From Lepidodermella squamata (lineage: Eukaryota; Animalia; Gastrotricha): a stretch of DNA of 64,000 bases. The notes beneath the pieces are model-generated. The model had not been told where the DNA came from. It was given only the letters and a program-made list of their open reading frames with translations, and made no database searches. The stretch covers positions 248,001 through 312,000 of the forward strand of contig JBLDXI010000026.1 in assembly GCA_047495785.1 (NCBI GenBank), given 5' to 3'. The position numbers and the translations under genes were made by a program. This document shows positions 1 through 11,753 of this stretch, one piece after another; position 1 is the stretch's first letter; each line of letters begins with the position of its first letter.

Positions 1-237
1 ATGAGGTCATGAAATTTGGATTACCTCAATTGATTCTGGAAAATCTAGTGTGAGCGCCTCAAATTTGGTTTTTTGTGAAATTTCAAGCGCCAAAATCTCA
101 AAACCTTCAATTTCCGAGTTATTTAGAGGAATACAGATGTAATAATGAAACAAGATTCGAAGTAAATAATCATCGGAAAGACCGTTCCATACATAACCGG
201 GTGTTTCTCGGGTTTTTTCGGTAAAATTTAGCTTTGC

Positions 238-1270
238 ATGATAAAAGACAGACAAAAACCGACTGATGAGAAAAACCTCAATGGCTTGTTTTCATTTTTT
301 CTGCCTAGTTCCGTCTCGGTTTCTTGCGTTATGTTGTACTCCGATGCGCTCCCAATTGAGACAATCCTACAAAACGCCGATACCTGCCGTATCCCGCACG
401 GTTCTGCGGCCTGCGGCGCCCCGAAGATCCCGCTGCCGTCCATTCCGCAGACCTCCACCACCGTGCCAATGTACGGCCAGTTCCCATGGATGGCGTCGAT
501 CCGCCTCAATGGCAAGCACATCTGCGGCGCCGCTGTTCTCGGCCGCTACTACCTTCTCTCGGCCGCCAGCTGCTTCAAGGATTCTCAAAACGTCGCCGAA
601 TACGAGGTCCGCGTTGGCGAACACAGCTTGAGCCTGAAAGAGCAGTACGAAGTAATTCATGAGGTCAAACAATTCCAAATCCACCCAGAGTACAATGTTG
701 TCGGCAACGATTTGGCTGTTGTCGAACTCTCCACGCCCATCGACTTCACCAACTTCTACGTCAACTCGATCTGCCTGCCCACCGATGAGGAGGCGAAGAA
801 GCGCAGCGGCGACTTCTTCTTCTTCGGGTAAGGTTGCGGAAATTTCCGGAAAAATTAAGTAAAATTATTTAAATAGATGGGGCAAGAACGGCCGTACTGG
901 TTCGACCAACGTTAACAACCCGCGTTACGTCTATGGTGCGATCACCCCGAACCAGGCTTGCTCCGACGCCTGGGGCAGCGAACAAGATCCGCAGCTCAGC
1001 GCCTGCTTCGAGGCCACGAACAACAAGAACGTTCCTTGCACCTTGGACGAGGGCGGTATCCTAATGGCCCCTGGCGACTTGACCACCGGCCCTGACGCCC
1101 GTTTGTACCCGGTTGGTATCTACAGCCGCCGCTACAGCAACGATTGCGAACACAAGGCCCCGGCTCTGTTCACGTGGCTGGAGGGTTACCTGTACGGAAT
1201 CCAGGAGAGAATTGCTTGCAACATCCCTGGCCACTTCTACCCGGAGAATTGCCCGATCAATTACTCCTAA
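238..1270 (+). CDS. Trypsin-family (S1) serine protease homologue, catalytically inactive; at least 2 exons (intron 828-876); true 5' end uncertain
   Basis: FPWMASI..HICGAAVLG, LSAASC (His of TAAHC lost), NDLAVV, ICLP; FG|WG is restored across a 49-nt GT-AG intron; LDEGGIL replaces GDSGGP. Confidence 0.85.
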
Positions 1271-2345
1271 TAAGCTCGCAAATAGACTTGTTTTATCAAT
1301 GACATTACTTCCCCATCCTAATAATATCACTAATAAGCGTTCATATTCTGAGATTCATATCTTCATGGATCGAAATAACAATTTATTTAGATGAAAGCCT
1401 TCAAAGCATTGCTTTATAAGCCAAGGTGAATAAATTCATATCGATCATCTGCAGTTTGAGGGTATGTTCAAACCGGACCGATTCTTGAGCAAATTTGTGC
1501 GTTAAAAAATAAAACGTCACGCGGATATCGGGTTTCATTGCTGCTGCTCAGGGGAACGGCAGCTTTTAAGTTTTTTGCCACGCTTTTCATTCACTCCTAA
1601 TCACCACGCTTGCCGATGGTAAAATTAGCCGTACATGTAATTACAGATACGAATATTAGTGAACACTTCAGCTAGCTCGATCGAATACAGACGCGTTTAA
1701 AACTATCACGGCTGCTGCTTACTTCCTGAAGTATCTATTTAAAACAGTAAATACCCTGACGTTTAACCATAACGGAACTTGGCAGGTGACTTGATACGGT
1801 ACAGTTACAGTATTTTTTTCAATTGTAGCCCAGTCGCTAATCTTAAGTCCATTCCTATTACATAGTAGCCCAGGTTTGAGGGGTCAAATCGGTACGAAAA
1901 CACAAAAAATGAACAATTCACCTAAAATTAATTTTCGATTTTTTTCAGAATTTCGAGGTTAAAATTTTAAAATGCCATGTCCGGGTTATTTTTTTCAATT
2001 TTTTTTTATTATTATTTTATTCCGGGCTATTCCACTTTATGAAACCGAATAGGGCTTTTGATGGACTATTTTAGATTCATTACCTTCAGGATGGCTTACA
2101 ACTTTCCTCCTAGGTATCCCAGAACTAAAATTCTTCGCCCGTCGCAAAGTAGGATTTTCCGATAATGATGGTCAAAAAGTCTGGCGGAAATGTCATAATT
2201 TTTGCGGGTAGGCGGATGATTCATTTGAATTAGCCGTTTCATATCTCGATAATTAATAATTTAGCATTTAAGAATTCATGGACAGCAAATTTCAATAATA
2301 TTTAGCGATTATTTACTTCAAGCCTTTCATTGATGAAAAACTAGA

Positions 2346-4817
2346 ATGTTAAAATGGCGATTGAACTGGACATTTTTTGCGCTCACCTTGTGCCTTCTCC
2401 CGAATTTCGCTCTCCCAGCTAAGGAAAAGCTGTTGACAGTTATTGCATTTTGGCCACTAACAGGCGAGCCGCTTTTCGACGGCGAAACCTGCCGAGCTGC
2501 TATGAACATTCCTATTTCAATCGCAAACCAGAGATTGGATATTCTACCAGACTATCACATTTACCTTGCAATGGATGACGAAGGTCCGAATGGGCTGTTA
2601 GCCCGAGGCAAGATGCTGAACTGGTTTCTACGGAACCATACGACTGAAGAAATTAACAGCACTTTCGCTCCGATAATAATCGCCCCGTACTTCTCAACTG
2701 GTTGCAAAAGTTTAGCGACAATGCTGCACCATTTGAACCTGGTAGGCATTCCAACAAGCTGCTCAACGCCTGAGGTAACCGGAAATCGCCGGATTTACCC
2801 TAATCTGTACAGAATTCGAACACCCGGTGAACTGGCGTTGTACACCCGGATGAAATTTATTGTCGAAATCGGAAAATGGAGCCGAGTTGGAATTTTGACT
2901 AATGCCGCTAGTTCTCGCGATTACTCCATGGCAACCATGTTCTACAACGAAGGAGCTAAAATCGGAATCAACGTCTCCGTATTCGAGGCATCATTCAGCG
3001 GGATTACAAATGACATGCTACAGTCTTTTCGAAGGTCAGACATAAGAATTATTGTCATCGACTCAACTACGTCAAGTTTCGTCGTTGATTTCCTATGTAA
3101 GGCGTACCTTTTCGGATTAACTGGAAGTAGGTTCGCTTTTGTCGCTCAAGCCAACGCTTTTGTCGACCCTAACGACCTACCTGAGACTATTTCACCCAAC
3201 TGCCTAAGGGAATATGTCACCAAACAAATGGCGTTTGTAATATGGACTGGTATGGTGACAGAATCGTTGGGAAATTACGGCAAAACCAGCCTGGGGTATG
3301 ACTTGGACGAGTTTGAGCAGATTTTTGATAGGGTGACGAATAAACGCCGAACTCCGGAATATTCATTCCGGCATTTATGCGCCGATGCGGCTATGCATGT
3401 TATCCTAACGTTGAACGCCTCGCAAAACGTCCTGAAATCTCAGGGATTGTCCTTATCTGATTTCGCAAGGTTCCCTGAGCAGGTCATGCAGGTCGTTAAT
3501 CGAAGCGTGGCTGAGACGGATTTCGTCAACCTTCGAGGTCCGGCTAAATACTCGCCTCGTCTCGAAATGGATAACGAATCGCAGACAGTTCAATTTTTCA
3601 ACGCCAAGTCAGACAACCTTCAAACAATTTTCATCGTAAATCGGCCGAATGGTACGTCACCTTTCAACATTTCGAACTACCTTTTCCAACGTGTGAACGA
3701 GATTCCATGGGCGACTCCCACAAGACTCCCGCCTAGAGATGCTTCGTTGTTCCGCGAATCCTTTGATCTGAATACAATTATCATTTATTCAGTCGCGGGT
3801 TTTTTGTCGATTTTGACGATTTCCGCTAAAATCGTGCTGTACCTCACCGCGCGCAACGAATCGCGTCTTCAAGTTCAGCTATTCAAACTTAGTTTGATTG
3901 CAGGGTGTCTAATTTTGGATATTGCTGTAGTCACCTTTATCATATTACAATCAAATCTAACTGAAACAGCTGGCTTAGCGATTTGTTACTTGCAGGGTAT
4001 TCTTACATCAAGCGGGCTCGTTTTAATGAATGGCTCGTTGTTTCTTCGCCTATTCCTATCCTGCAATGGCCCGGTTATTCGAAATCCTTTTAAACGCCAT
4101 CAGCACGTTAGCATCACGCATTTTGCAGTTCATGCAAGAACGGCCAGTCTATCAGGTAGGCCGTCTCATCAAGCTGTGACGGCGGATTCGGCTAAACAAA
4201 GCAGTGATTTCTTCATAAAAGGCTCCACCTTAATTTTTTGCGTGAATTCAAGTTTTGTCGCGTTATGGCTTGGCTCTGAGCCAAAAACGCATTTTTTCAC
4301 TTCAATTATTGCCAGCTCAAATTACGATAATTTGACTGATACGGTTTACAATTATAAGATCGGTATTTGCTCGTACAATTTGTCTAATATCGGGTTAATA
4401 TTGGTGATCGTCTTCAACGTCCTGCTGATGGCTTTTAGTCTTATTACGAATGTTTCTCTGCGGCGAAGGACGGGAAAATTCTTCAAGGATGGGCAGGTTC
4501 TGGCTCGATTGTCAGCTGTCAATTTCGCAACCCTGTTCGCTATTGCTATTCTTATAATCGCTATTTTTCCTTTAATCTCTGACAAAATGACAGTTCTTTG
4601 TTTTTTCCTGCTGTTCCAATCTGCTGTAGCTACCGTGGTGGTAATGTTGCCGTGGCATAAATTAGCCCCAATTTTTAATGTCAGGTTCGGTAATAGGCTA
4701 TCCCATCCGACAGCGATGAATTTTAATCATTCATCAAGCCTGAGAATTAGGAAGGAACGAGCTGCCGTGCTGTCTACGTTAGACGTGACATCGTCTTCGG
4801 TTTCGCAAAAATTTTAA
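2346..4817 (+). CDS. Class C GPCR, GABA-B-receptor-like (Venus flytrap + 7TM, no Cys-rich domain), intronless, copy 1
   Basis: Signal peptide; ANF/VFT motifs (DILPDY, YPNLYRI, DIRIIV); PPRD linker; 7 hydrophobic segments; 823-aa ORF. Confidence 0.85.
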   Translation: MLKWRLNWTFFALTLCLLPNFALPAKEKLLTVIAFWPLTGEPLFDGETCRAAMNIPISIANQRLDILPDYHIYLAMDDEGPNGLLARGKMLNWFLRNHTTEEINSTFAPIIIAPYFSTGCKSLATMLHHLNLVGIPTSCSTPEVTGNRRIYPNLYRIRTPGELALYTRMKFIVEIGKWSRVGILTNAASSRDYSMATMFYNEGAKIGINVSVFEASFSGITNDMLQSFRRSDIRIIVIDSTTSSFVVDFLCKAYLFGLTGSRFAFVAQANAFVDPNDLPETISPNCLREYVTKQMAFVIWTGMVTESLGNYGKTSLGYDLDEFEQIFDRVTNKRRTPEYSFRHLCADAAMHVILTLNASQNVLKSQGLSLSDFARFPEQVMQVVNRSVAETDFVNLRGPAKYSPRLEMDNESQTVQFFNAKSDNLQTIFIVNRPNGTSPFNISNYLFQRVNEIPWATPTRLPPRDASLFRESFDLNTIIIYSVAGFLSILTISAKIVLYLTARNESRLQVQLFKLSLIAGCLILDIAVVTFIILQSNLTETAGLAICYLQGILTSSGLVLMNGSLFLRLFLSCNGPVIRNPFKRHQHVSITHFAVHARTASLSGRPSHQAVTADSAKQSSDFFIKGSTLIFCVNSSFVALWLGSEPKTHFFTSIIASSNYDNLTDTVYNYKIGICSYNLSNIGLILVIVFNVLLMAFSLITNVSLRRRTGKFFKDGQVLARLSAVNFATLFAIAILIIAIFPLISDKMTVLCFFLLFQSAVATVVVMLPWHKLAPIFNVRFGNRLSHPTAMNFNHSSSLRIRKERAAVLSTLDVTSSSVSQKF

Positions 4818-6352
4818 TGATGCGAAGTTATTTTAAGCAACTCCTACTCATTTGATTAGCCAAGCGGTGTGCCGAAATAGCTTCCGCAGCATTTTAACTT
4901 TGAATTAATAATAAAAATCGACGATAAAAACATGTTCATTAGTAATAATCTCAGTAATCTGACACAGGGAAATGGAAGAAGATTCTACAACCTCCAAAAA
5001 TAATCGAAAAAACGAGTTCAAATCACAAACCAAAATAATCAAAATTGAGATGAGTTTGTAAAATAAAATCACCCAGTCTGGATCTGTAATAAGTTTACGC
5101 GTTGCAATTCCAGAACCCTTCCTTCAGGTTCGGAAAATGCCCGAATTCTCCATCTTATAAACTTCAGTTTCATTTAATGTTCAAGAATGGCAAAGTGGAA
5201 GTCGAGCAGTTGGGACGTCCCTTAACCTACGGAAATCTTAATACCAAGGCCGGTTAAATTCAGTTAAAAATTAAATAATAAATAAAGTTAAAAGAAAGAT
5301 CAGGGAATTCGGAGACATTTCGATTGTGAGCTTCTACAGCGTGTCCCATAATAAGTAACGCAAACAAAGAGAATACGGGTAAAAGGGATCAGAAACTTTA
5401 AAACGAGAGGCGAAGTTCTACGATTTTTCATGGTAATCTAAAATGCCATTTAAGAATAGCAATCAACGATGCCTCTCTTGTGAATGGGATTAAAACGATC
5501 CGAAGAAATTGGATCCAACCCGATAAAAACCGAAAATAACTGAACCAGTCATGGTTATTTTTTCGGGCAGTACGGTACTTATGTAACGTGGGGAAGCCGC
5601 GTTCCCGGCGAAAAATAATAGCTTTAGATTATCCGTTGGAAAATCTACCGCAGGCCTTAATACATCCAGAAATATTGACTCAAAATACATGAAGTTTTCA
5701 AGCCAGCTCAAAAAACGAAATCGAATCTTCACCTACATATACCTATCATAGGCATGCTGTAATGCTGTCTTAGTTCAGTTTTCGATTTCTCAATTTAGAA
5801 AAATTTAGAAAATAGAATCAAATAACATTACGCATATACGCATATATACGCATGTTCCAGAAAAGTGCAATTTAATTTATTTAATTGCTGTCTTAGAGCA
5901 ATCAGTTAGATGGCTCAGCTGATATATGGCGAGCACCGGAAAAGATGCCCAAGCTGGGCGCCCTGTTGACGTCATATGCGCCACCTTTTTCCTCAACTTC
6001 GAGCTTTAAATTGCTTATTTATTTCGTGAGGCTTCAAGCTAATACTTCCCATTCCCTTTCCTTTAAGGAGGTTCAGAACGAATTTTTTTACCTTGTGCCT
6101 AACGCATAGGTGGATGGGAATTTTGTGAATGTTTTTCCGCCTTCAAAGTCTCATATTTCAGCCACAATGAAATATAATATTCAGGCTATAGAACAGCGCA
6201 TGGTCGTAAGTAGCTGAATAGAAACTAAAGCCACGTGCTAACTTCGTCGCATTATTTTCGTCAGCAATTGACACCCGCACTACAGTAAACTTAAACTATA
6301 AATGTATTATACTATCACTAGGTTGGTACTTTGAAAAGCATAGGCTTCGGCT

Positions 6353-8776
6353 ATGACCAAAGTTGGTCGATTTAAACTTGATTATTATGCCAGCTTGTTC
6401 AAAGTTGTGCTAATATTATATTCAAGAAATTGCGAATCTTTAAAGACGAAATCACTCGAAATCATTGCATTCTGGCCTCTAACCGGCGAACCTCTCTTCG
6501 ATGGGAAAACGTGCCAAGCTGCGATGAATGTTGCCATATCTGATGTTAATAAAAGATCCGACATTCTACCTGATTACACCCTATCCTTGACAATGGAGGA
6601 CGAAGGTCCCAATGGGCTGTTAGCAACGAATACTTTATATAGGAAAGTTCGCAGCGGGCGAACTCAAATTTCTCCAATTGTCGTAGCACCTTATTTTTCA
6701 ACGGGTTGCAAAAGTATGGCAGCAACTTTGCATCACTTCAACCTGGTCGGAATACCGACAAGTTGCTCCACGCCTGAAATAACCGCAAATCGGCGGCTAT
6801 ACCCGAATCTTTTCCGCATAAGATCTCCTGGGGAGTTGGCTCTGTACACTAGGATCAAGTTAATCAAACAATTAGGTTGGAAAAAAGTCGGAGTAATAAC
6901 CAACGCTGCGAGTTCGAGAGACTACTCCATGTCAGCTTTATTTCTGAGGGAAGGAACAAAAATGGGCCTGACTATCACCCAGTTCGAGGCTGGTTTCGGC
7001 CAAATTTCGAATGACGTCATCATGGCCTTCAAGAACAACGATGTCCGAATTATTGTCATCGACTCGACTACGTCTAGTTTCGTGCTAGACGTTCTTTGCA
7101 AAGCTTATGTAAACGGAATAACAGGAAGTAAGTACGTTTTCATCAACCAGGCGAATGCTTTTGTTGATCCTAACGATTTGCCGGGCACAATTTCCCCCGC
7201 TTGCTTCAAATCCTACTACCTAGAGCAGCTCGATTCGACTGTCTGGGTTGGAATGATCACGGAAGTTTTACGCAACAATGGGAAAACGTCTCTTGGCTAC
7301 GATTTGCCTGAGTTTGAGAAGCTTTTCGATGAAGCGACCGATTCGAGACGAAGTTCGGAGTACTCAATGAGACATCTATGTGCCGATGCAGCCATGCATG
7401 TCATTCTGGCTCTGGACCAATCGGAACGAGCTCTTGCCAAGAAAAATTTGACTCTTTCGAACTTCGATGTCTCCCCTAACGAGATCATGCTAGCTATTAA
7501 CAAAAGCGTGGCTGAAATCGTGTATTTCGACCTTAGGGGTAAAGGAATCTACTCCCCAAGGCTTGAAATGGATAATGAATCTCAGAATGTCTTATTCTTC
7601 GACACTAAATCCAACAAATTAGAGTTGGTCTACTTCGTCGAGCGGGAGGAAGGTTCGTCGCCCTTCAACGTTTCGAGCTACCTGTTTCAACAATTCGGAT
7701 CAATTCGATGGTCAACAGTATCAGGGAACCCTCCAAGGGACGCGTCCTTAGTCGAAACCTACAACAATGCCGCGGTTCAAACAAGTTTCATCATCGCGAC
7801 AGCCCTAGGAATTTCCCTTCTCATCGTTCAAAGTTTCGGATTTCTGATCTCCAGTCGAAGGGAGTTGTGCGGCAATGGGACTCCTGCTCTGTCTTACGTC
7901 CACACCTACAAATGTCTGATACTAATAGCCTGTCTTTTCCTGGATATTAGCGCCTGTACGTTTGTCTGGCAGCAGATACAAGCAGGCTCATTCTCCACGA
8001 TTTCGTGCTACCTACAGGCCCCTTTCGCCATAATTGGCACGACCTTCTTGAACGCTAGCCTTTTACTAAGATTGCTAGTCTCATCCCACAGCGGCTGTAT
8101 TGATTTCATGAGAAGAATGCGTACCCCTTTCTCGTGCTATGAACCCAGAAATCAGCCCAACCTCTACGCCATTGCGATGAGACAGGACGTAGTTTCAGCG
8201 ACAATCCTTACAGCCGATCGGTTGATTTACAGAGGAACATTAGCAGCCGTGCTAATTAGCGTAGGCCTAATCGTGGGCTGGAACCTAGAGCTAGACGCCG
8301 GTGAAATTCAATGGCACCTGATCGAGGGTGGGTACGATCTTCCTAATGATACGATTCTAATCTATAAGGTCGGGTTGTGTTCGTACAAAGTCGATTCTTA
8401 CTGGTTCATGGCAATTTTACTCTTGAATGGTGCTTTCATTATTATGGCCGCATTGTTGAACGTCGCTCTGAGACATAAACTTGTGAATAGGAATCTCACC
8501 GACCAACTAACCCAGTGTAGGATTGCCGCAATGAATTTCACGGCATTATTCAGCGGGGCAATTTTGGTTGTTTTGGTGTTTCAAGACTCTGGTGGGAAAA
8601 TGATGGCTATTTGCTATTCGCTGTTGATAATTTCTTCGACAATAAGTTTGATAGTCCTATCACCGGTGCATAAACTTGCGAGAATTTTGCCTCAGCGCAG
8701 ACCTGCGATTCCTCCCCGCATGTCGACTAATTTAAACACCACGCGAACGTCGCAATTTTCGGCTCGAATGAGTTGA
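6353..8776 (+). CDS. Class C GPCR, GABA-B-like, intronless, copy 2
   Basis: Paralog of 2346-4817 sharing AFWPLTGEPLFDG, APYFSTGCKS, DSTTSSFV, RHLCAD; 7TM. Confidence 0.85.
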   Translation: MTKVGRFKLDYYASLFKVVLILYSRNCESLKTKSLEIIAFWPLTGEPLFDGKTCQAAMNVAISDVNKRSDILPDYTLSLTMEDEGPNGLLATNTLYRKVRSGRTQISPIVVAPYFSTGCKSMAATLHHFNLVGIPTSCSTPEITANRRLYPNLFRIRSPGELALYTRIKLIKQLGWKKVGVITNAASSRDYSMSALFLREGTKMGLTITQFEAGFGQISNDVIMAFKNNDVRIIVIDSTTSSFVLDVLCKAYVNGITGSKYVFINQANAFVDPNDLPGTISPACFKSYYLEQLDSTVWVGMITEVLRNNGKTSLGYDLPEFEKLFDEATDSRRSSEYSMRHLCADAAMHVILALDQSERALAKKNLTLSNFDVSPNEIMLAINKSVAEIVYFDLRGKGIYSPRLEMDNESQNVLFFDTKSNKLELVYFVEREEGSSPFNVSSYLFQQFGSIRWSTVSGNPPRDASLVETYNNAAVQTSFIIATALGISLLIVQSFGFLISSRRELCGNGTPALSYVHTYKCLILIACLFLDISACTFVWQQIQAGSFSTISCYLQAPFAIIGTTFLNASLLLRLLVSSHSGCIDFMRRMRTPFSCYEPRNQPNLYAIAMRQDVVSATILTADRLIYRGTLAAVLISVGLIVGWNLELDAGEIQWHLIEGGYDLPNDTILIYKVGLCSYKVDSYWFMAILLLNGAFIIMAALLNVALRHKLVNRNLTDQLTQCRIAAMNFTALFSGAILVVLVFQDSGGKMMAICYSLLIISSTISLIVLSPVHKLARILPQRRPAIPPRMSTNLNTTRTSQFSARMS

Positions 8777-10217
8777 GGTGATAATAAAAGAAAGTTTGGT
8801 CGTTCCAGCCTTGTTCTATAACTCACAACATTTTCTCTCGAATATTAAAGGTGCGACGCGCAAGGAAACCAAAATTTCATGACCCAACTTTAAAAATCTG
8901 CTCACTGCTAACGGTTGTAGATAATAATGCAAGCCATGTCCCATTTTACTCGTCATGGTCCGGAAAAAATTTCTACTTGCATTTTGAAAATTAAAAATCT
9001 ATCCATTATTTTTTTTATTAAAAAATCAAACTTTTCCATTTTCTGTGTACCTATTTTTGCAAACTTTGAAAATTTATTAAAAATCAATGGTAACCGATAT
9101 TGAGCTGCAAACTTTGTTCTAGACTCGTCTAACCGGAAGAAATCTTCGGACATCAAATGGCCGATTTATGTCCACTTGAACATGTTCTTATCAGGTAATA
9201 GCACCTTTCACGATTTTCAAGATTCTTCTCGCAATTGTTTCTCGGGTTGAACAATGGACCGGCCGGTATTGAAAACGAAAAGCAATGCCATATAATTATA
9301 ACTGATACCAAGACGCAAGGACCTATAAACTTGGGATCTGTAGCTGATTTTTTTAGTTTTTGATCTCGAAACGATAATCCTTAGGGTAGAAGTTGAAATT
9401 TCAAATGCGTCGTAGTCGTCCGAGCGCGCTGTCTAGCTTTTGTCAACAGCATCTTCATCGTTAGCCAAGATTTCCCGATCTTCATCCTTACTACAATCTG
9501 TAGATTAAAAAACAATAGCTCGGCTCGACTTCTGCCTCATCTTCAGTGGGGATATTTCTCATCAATTTCGCATTAGTTCAATTCAGCTATCAAGTGGCAA
9601 TGAAATAGCTAAAAGCGGTAAAAATTCACGCTTTCCGATGAGAATCGCGGCCGCTTTAATTCTTTAATTTCGGTGCTTCAATTCAATTTTTTATGAAAAT
9701 AATAATTGTCTTTCCGTGAGTTCATAAAAAATCAGGATAAAAGTTATTTTCGTGGAATGAAAAGATGTGGGTTCAAGCCGGCTGTCATTTTCAGGCTGAC
9801 GTAAGTTGTTTACGCTAAGGTAAAACTCTTACACGTGACGACTTAGGAGTTTTTTCTAGTCATCACTACACCAAAATAGTACGCAAAAAAAGTTGGCTAT
9901 GCTAAGGCGCTTCTTTTACACAATCCCGTGCCACAGACGAAGAAGAAGCGCCTTTCTAGAAAATTTGGAAATAAACGTGATGCTTGCGACGATCGCGCTG
10001 TGGTGAGAGCGACAACTAGCCGCAACCACCTAGTGCCTTGGAATAAAAAATAAAATGAAATGGCAAGAAAAATAAGGGCATTTATCATTTAACCACGCCG
10101 GGAGTTGTTTACATGCCGGAAAATAATGAGGGTATTTAAAGAGGCGACTTTGTTTGGAGAATTTGTTCAATTATTTTGAGTTTTCGAGAAATCTTCTCAA
10201 CATTGAGGTAGTGAACT

Positions 10218-10850
10218 ATGAAAAGCAACGGCGCATCAGCGATTCTTCTCGCCCTTTTATGGGTATCATTCACAATCGTCGAATCCTACGCATCGTTCGA
10301 CAGCCAATTCAATAATGACAAGCGAAGAAGTGAAAACGGCCAAATAAGTGTCAACGCAGGTACCAATGACTTACAAGGAAATCAACGCCGTCCCAGCGCG
10401 GGTTCCAAGGCGAATTCAACCGTCGCGGCTAACAAACGGCGTTTATGGAGCAGTTTCTCTGGTGCATCTGGTCCCGACAATAAGGGGAATTCTAACAAGC
10501 TGCGTTTAGGAGCCGGTTTCTCTGGTGCCTCTGGTGCCTCTGGTGCCATCAAGGGGAATTTGACTAAGGTGGCTCATAAGCGGCGACTGGGAGGCGGTTT
10601 TTCTGGCGCTTCCGGTGCTTCCGGTCCTAGCAACAAGGGGAATATGACCATTGCGGCTCACAAACTGCGTTTCGGAGGCAGCCACACAGGTGCTACTGGT
10701 GCTAGAAAGGGTAATTTTACCATTGCGGGGCACAAACTGCGTTTCGGAGCCAGTTTTTCTGGCGCCTCCGGAGCGTCTGGCCCTAGCAAACCGAATTCAA
10801 ACAATGCAGCCAACAAGCGCCGTCTTGGAGCTGCAAGGGTCCAGTTTTAG
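10218..10850 (+). CDS. Secreted repetitive peptide precursor (KRR/KLR-delimited (L/F)GxxFSGASGASG units)
   Basis: Signal peptide MKSNGASAILLALLWVSFTIVES; about 6 imperfect repeats, each preceded by NKRR/HKRR/NKLR/HKLR; TATTTAAA upstream at ~10133. Confidence 0.75.
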   Translation: MKSNGASAILLALLWVSFTIVESYASFDSQFNNDKRRSENGQISVNAGTNDLQGNQRRPSAGSKANSTVAANKRRLWSSFSGASGPDNKGNSNKLRLGAGFSGASGASGAIKGNLTKVAHKRRLGGGFSGASGASGPSNKGNMTIAAHKLRFGGSHTGATGARKGNFTIAGHKLRFGASFSGASGASGPSKPNSNNAANKRRLGAARVQF

Positions 10851-11753
10851 CACAGAATGGTAAAATTTGTCCTTGGCTCAACGCAATTAACTTCGCTCGA
10901 CCAAACTTGTGCATTTACCTGACACATTTTTTGTTACCAAAGTGATATTTGTTAAAGTAGTGATTAAGCACCGTTTTGTGATTATTTTTTGTGATTATTT
11001 TGAAGTAAAGGGCTGATTTCCTCTTTGATATCTCGACATGGAGAGTTGACGCGATCTAAAAAGCTTTGCCTTGCCTCGACCAAGGCTGAAGTTAAGCGGA
11101 CTGATATGATAGCGAGAAACAAGGAGGCCCCTCCCGTGAAATCTCAACTAAATCAAATATTAGCTCCTTAATTGGTTAAAGAGCTAATATTTGATACGCT
11201 TTTATCACGGGGTCGGTTTATTCGCACCTAAATACGTCTTTTTGACTATACTCGGACTTAAAAGGGGCTCCAGCAGCGGATAATTGAAAACATTTCACTC
11301 ATAATTTTTTTACATGGGAAACTGAGCAAAACTCATACTTCACCTGGCTTTAAAAAAATTGATTCGGCCTCGTCGTATTTCCTCAGAAAAAAAATCCTAT
11401 TTTTTTCATGTCATCCTTTCATTTGAATATTGAGCTTCTTGACCTTTCTGAAAGGTTCCAGGTGGTTGAATTTTATTTGGAATGACTCATTTACGGAAAT
11501 ACTAAAGCTGTTTTTTCCTGCAGTTCGAGACTTCCCGTTCGAACTCTGCTGGCAACTTATTGACATCCTTTGATAACTGTCCCACTACTTCATCTCATTT
11601 TTCAACAAAAATGCGTCCCAGATTTGAAAACCTTAACTCCCACTTCAGCAGGGAGCCTCTTCAAAGCAATACATGTGCGATCTCGCATCAATGGCGTAGT
11701 TCATCGGGCATGAAACTTACGTGCCTACGTATTTCCGTAAAACTGAAACTTGA

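Noticed and set aside
8845-9210. Possible TTAA-flanked element (AAAGGTGC...GCACCTTT)
   Set aside because: The inverted match is only ~8 bp and the right flank is not TTAA
11130-11212. Hairpin ATCAAATATTAGCTC...GAGCTAATATTTGAT as an ncRNA/miRNA
   Set aside because: More simply a small palindromic TE remnant; no independent support
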